Shown piece after piece: positions 61,401-64,000 of a stretch of DNA of 64,000 nt (its first letter is position 1; each line of letters starts with the position of its first letter). This DNA comes from Phallusia mammillata (lineage: Eukaryota). The position numbers were made by a program, and so were the translations under genes. Location of the stretch: positions 558,001 through 622,000 of the forward strand of contig OZ281499.1 of NCBI GenBank assembly GCA_965637545.1. Direction: 5' to 3'. The notes under the pieces were generated by a model. That model saw only the letters and a list, made by a program, of their open reading frames with translations. It was not told the DNA's origin and did no database searches.

Positions 61401-64000
61401 CGTTTCGGCAAAATGTTCATGCCATCATCAGTGATATGATTGTATTACACTTAAATAAGCCAATAATATAACATATATTATTTATTACTAACCTATTTGG
61501 CATTTTTCACCATTTGTGTATTTCACTTGTACAGGAATTTGATCAGATCCACTTGCAGATATTTCTTGAGTAGAAGTTTTGCCCAGTGAAGAACTTGCAC
61601 CGTCAGCAGAAATACGACACACTGATGAGTCAGCACAATTTGAAGTGGGAAGGGAATGACACAGCGATATTTGGTATGTCCCGGATGTAGTGGTCACCTG
61701 TGAAGATGGAGGTTGAAGATGAGGTGGTTTAGGGACTAAAGGGTTAACCAGTGGGGCTATGGAGTCGAACAAAACAGATAGCAAATGTTCATAACTATAT
61801 CTACCATCTGTGAAAGTATTATTCAAATACATTAAACCAGGAGTCGACAACCCCTGGCACGCAAGGTGGTTTTTAATGTCACGCCACTGATTTGCGTGTT
61901 TATATTGAAGTAACAATTACCTGTTACACTGCTTGTTTATAGTTTTTATCATGTCATTGTCTTAAAATTCAGCCTTACATGCACAAAACACTCTGCTTTC
62001 TCGTTATTATTGATATCTGCTGGCACGAACCACCATTATTTTGACAATCGTTGGCACGCGAGGTCATTAACACATGGAAATAACAAGTAAATTGGCACGC
62101 GTCGCCTAAAAGGTTGCCGACCCCTGCATCAAACCTTTCGTCGTTAATTCCACAGGAGAAAAATCCAGAGTTAACCATATCAAGGTGCCTCACCAGTGAA
62201 ACTATTCCGTCAGTACGTTAATTTCCGTAAAGTTAGAACAAAAAATGAACCATAAGAGTCGCTCTAGAAACTCACAGCAAATACTCACATTGATAGGTTT
62301 GATCCTGGACAGGTCAAACACATTGTGCTGCTGATCAGTGAATGAGCAACTTTTATCCGGAACTTCGGGTTTCTTGTCCAGACAAACTACGTCAGTCGGC
62401 CACTCGAAGAGGTAAACGCAGTCATCCGTGACCGTCGTCAAGCGGGGATAACCCTAAACAAAGAATCAGTGGCTTTAGGCAAAAATGTGGTTATCAACAA
62501 TTCGTTGCACTTCAACAAATTACTGTCAATGCAACAAGAGAGAACTAAGGGAATAATATGAGCACAACACTGGTAACTAGGGATGCGCCGAGCCGAGCCA
62601 GAACACGAGTATTCGGTACCGAGCATCACTGTTTTTCATGCTCAATGCTCGGCCGAGCAGTTGCACAAACTGACCCGAGCATTAAATTTGCATATTCATG
62701 CCCTGCTAACATACGTAACTAGTGTTCTAAAGGGTGTTTATAAACAAAAACGAATGGTTATTCAAATGCACTAGATGGTGGAAAAACGCGTACTTTATGG
62801 GCATGTACAGCTTAAAAAAACACCGCCCGTGACGTAAGAGACCTTGTAGAGCTAAAACGTAGAAAGAGGGATTTTTTGTGACGTCATAATGCATCGAGCG
62901 TGCTCGGCCAAACAGAACATTTACTGCTTTGGCACATCCCTACTGGTAAGATTAGCAATAACTAGTGGAACAGAACTTTAACAACTTAAGTACACGACCC
63001 ACGGTTGTAAAATCCTAACCAGAAACAAACAAGCCAATATATTCGTGTAAAACATGACGTTTTAACAGCAACTTGTGTCATTCTGAAATGAATGAATGTA
63101 AAACCAAAAAGCAAGTAAGAAGGGCTAGTACGTGCAAGAATAGGAGGTAAAAACGTGATAACATGTGACTATTTAATCTTATATCAGTGCTATCTGTGAA
63201 AGTTTTTGGCTTGTTTGTTTCTAGTTAGCATTAACCAAATGAGATTTAAAATTCGAAATTTGCACTTCTTATTGCAGTGATTCTGAAACTTTGATTTTTA
63301 ACATGCATAATTTATTTCTCACCTTTCCTGCTGTGGACAAACATGTGAAGATGATTCTTGTTGAAATATTCGAAGTTGGATGAGATTCACAAACTCTTCC
63401 AGTTAAATATTCCAACCCGACCGATCCATTTGTGTAGAAAACATGTCGCTTGGTTGGATCGATGTAGCCGAGTGACTGTTAAAACATTTACATGTTTAAA
63501 TAGATCAATTGAAAACGAGTATGCAGAAAACATTTTTTCAAATTCATTGAACAATAGCAGGAGTCTCTACCATATCTCGCTGAACAGCTGTGGCCCTTAA
63601 ATGTCTTAATTCAGGACATTAAATTATTAAACAAACATTAAGAAATAAGAAAGTTTATTGAAAAACAAGCTTTGTAATAAATATACAAAACAAATGTATT
63701 TCATAAACATATATTTAAAAAACCCTGATCCAATCCTTAGCACATCAAGCCAGAAGCATTAGTGTGTTTCCATCAACAACAAAATTCACATGTTAAAAAA
63801 ATTCTGATGATGTAAACATTTCAGCAAGGTGGCCCATTAAAAGACCCCTGACCAGCGTAAGCAGTTGTAAATGTTACAAGACCTACCTGTGGTTTAGTTC
63901 CATTCTTTGCAGCGCACACTGAAGCCCCAGCTGGACAATTAATGCCATGGATCGGTTCCAATGGTCGGCAGACATTAATGAAGTAAACCGTCCTATCTCC
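55407..64000 (-). CDS. IGF2R: Cation-independent mannose-6-phosphate receptor (IGF2R ortholog), 3' part: repeats 12-15, TM, cytoplasmic tail; gene continues past the window
   Basis: Exons (high to low) 63887-64000 (partial), 63323-63475, 62289-62453, 61493-61697, 60996-61140, 60168-60266, 59837-59924, 59598-59773, 59033-59179, 58490-58680, 57909-58008, 57331-57423, 56696-56939, 56078-56201, 55407-55705; phase-consistent. Shows CIMR repeats (FINVCRPL, FEWPTDVVC, YDLSLLSSLT, ASGDMR, EWYTSVMC), a TM helix, YRYI sorting motif and terminal acidic dileucine HDDDDEDLL. Confidence 0.94.
57505..57600 (-). ncRNA. Candidate minimal hammerhead ribozyme motif in an IGF2R intron
   Basis: Minus strand C-CTGATGA-A-GGC...GTC-GAAA-CGTC-GGTATA (core 57550-57585). 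Confidence 0.45.
58180..58420 (-). mobile_element. Second tRNA-derived SINE-like element
   Basis: Shares GTCGTGGGTTCGAATCCCACCGCAG with the 53.4-kb element; body differs; boundaries approximate. Confidence 0.4.
59285..59520. mobile_element. hAT MITE in an IGF2R intron
   Basis: TIR CAGTGGTTCCCAACC / GGTTGGGAACCACTG; TSD ACATAGAC / ACATAGAA. Confidence 0.88.
61392..61437 (-). ncRNA. Candidate minimal hammerhead ribozyme motif in an IGF2R intron
   Basis: Minus strand ATATCA-CTGATGA-T-GGCA-TGAACATTT-TGCC-GAAA-CGTT-TGG. Confidence 0.5.
61838..62126. mobile_element. hAT MITE, same family as 11503 and 40774
   Basis: CAGGAGTCGACAACC / GGTTGCCGACCCCTG; TSD CATTAAAC / CATCAAAC. Confidence 0.85.

Overview
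Eukaryotic, AT-rich, intron-containing DNA. An invertebrate chordate, probably an ascidian, is my inference from gene content; it was not searched. Left to right: (1) a 143/148-bp satellite (512-1752). (2) Two tandem paralogous LDLa-repeat class A GPCR genes (GRL101/RXFP-like 7TM, no LRRs), each a signal-peptide exon spliced to one ~4-kb exon: join(3249..3342,7552..11438) and join(29343..29436,36539..40710). Their ectodomains hold 6 and 8 copies of an 8-Cys LDLa variant with a near-invariant framework and hypervariable loops. (3) A three-unit non-coding tandem array between them (~12190-28540, period 5095/5096 bp). (4) A decayed full-length Ty3/Gypsy LTR element (30841-36479, minus) in the intron of gene 2, itself interrupted by a hAT MITE at its gag-pol frameshift heptamer. 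(5) A complete 21-exon CCDC146 gene (42928-53896, +). (6) The last 15 coding exons of a cation-independent mannose-6-phosphate receptor gene (IGF2R ortholog; 55407 to beyond 64000, minus). Introns and spacers hold many hAT and other MITEs, tRNA-derived SINE heads and five minimal hammerhead-ribozyme-like motifs of the Penelope type. Gene models were spliced by hand using GT-AG sites and phase; percent identities are by eye.
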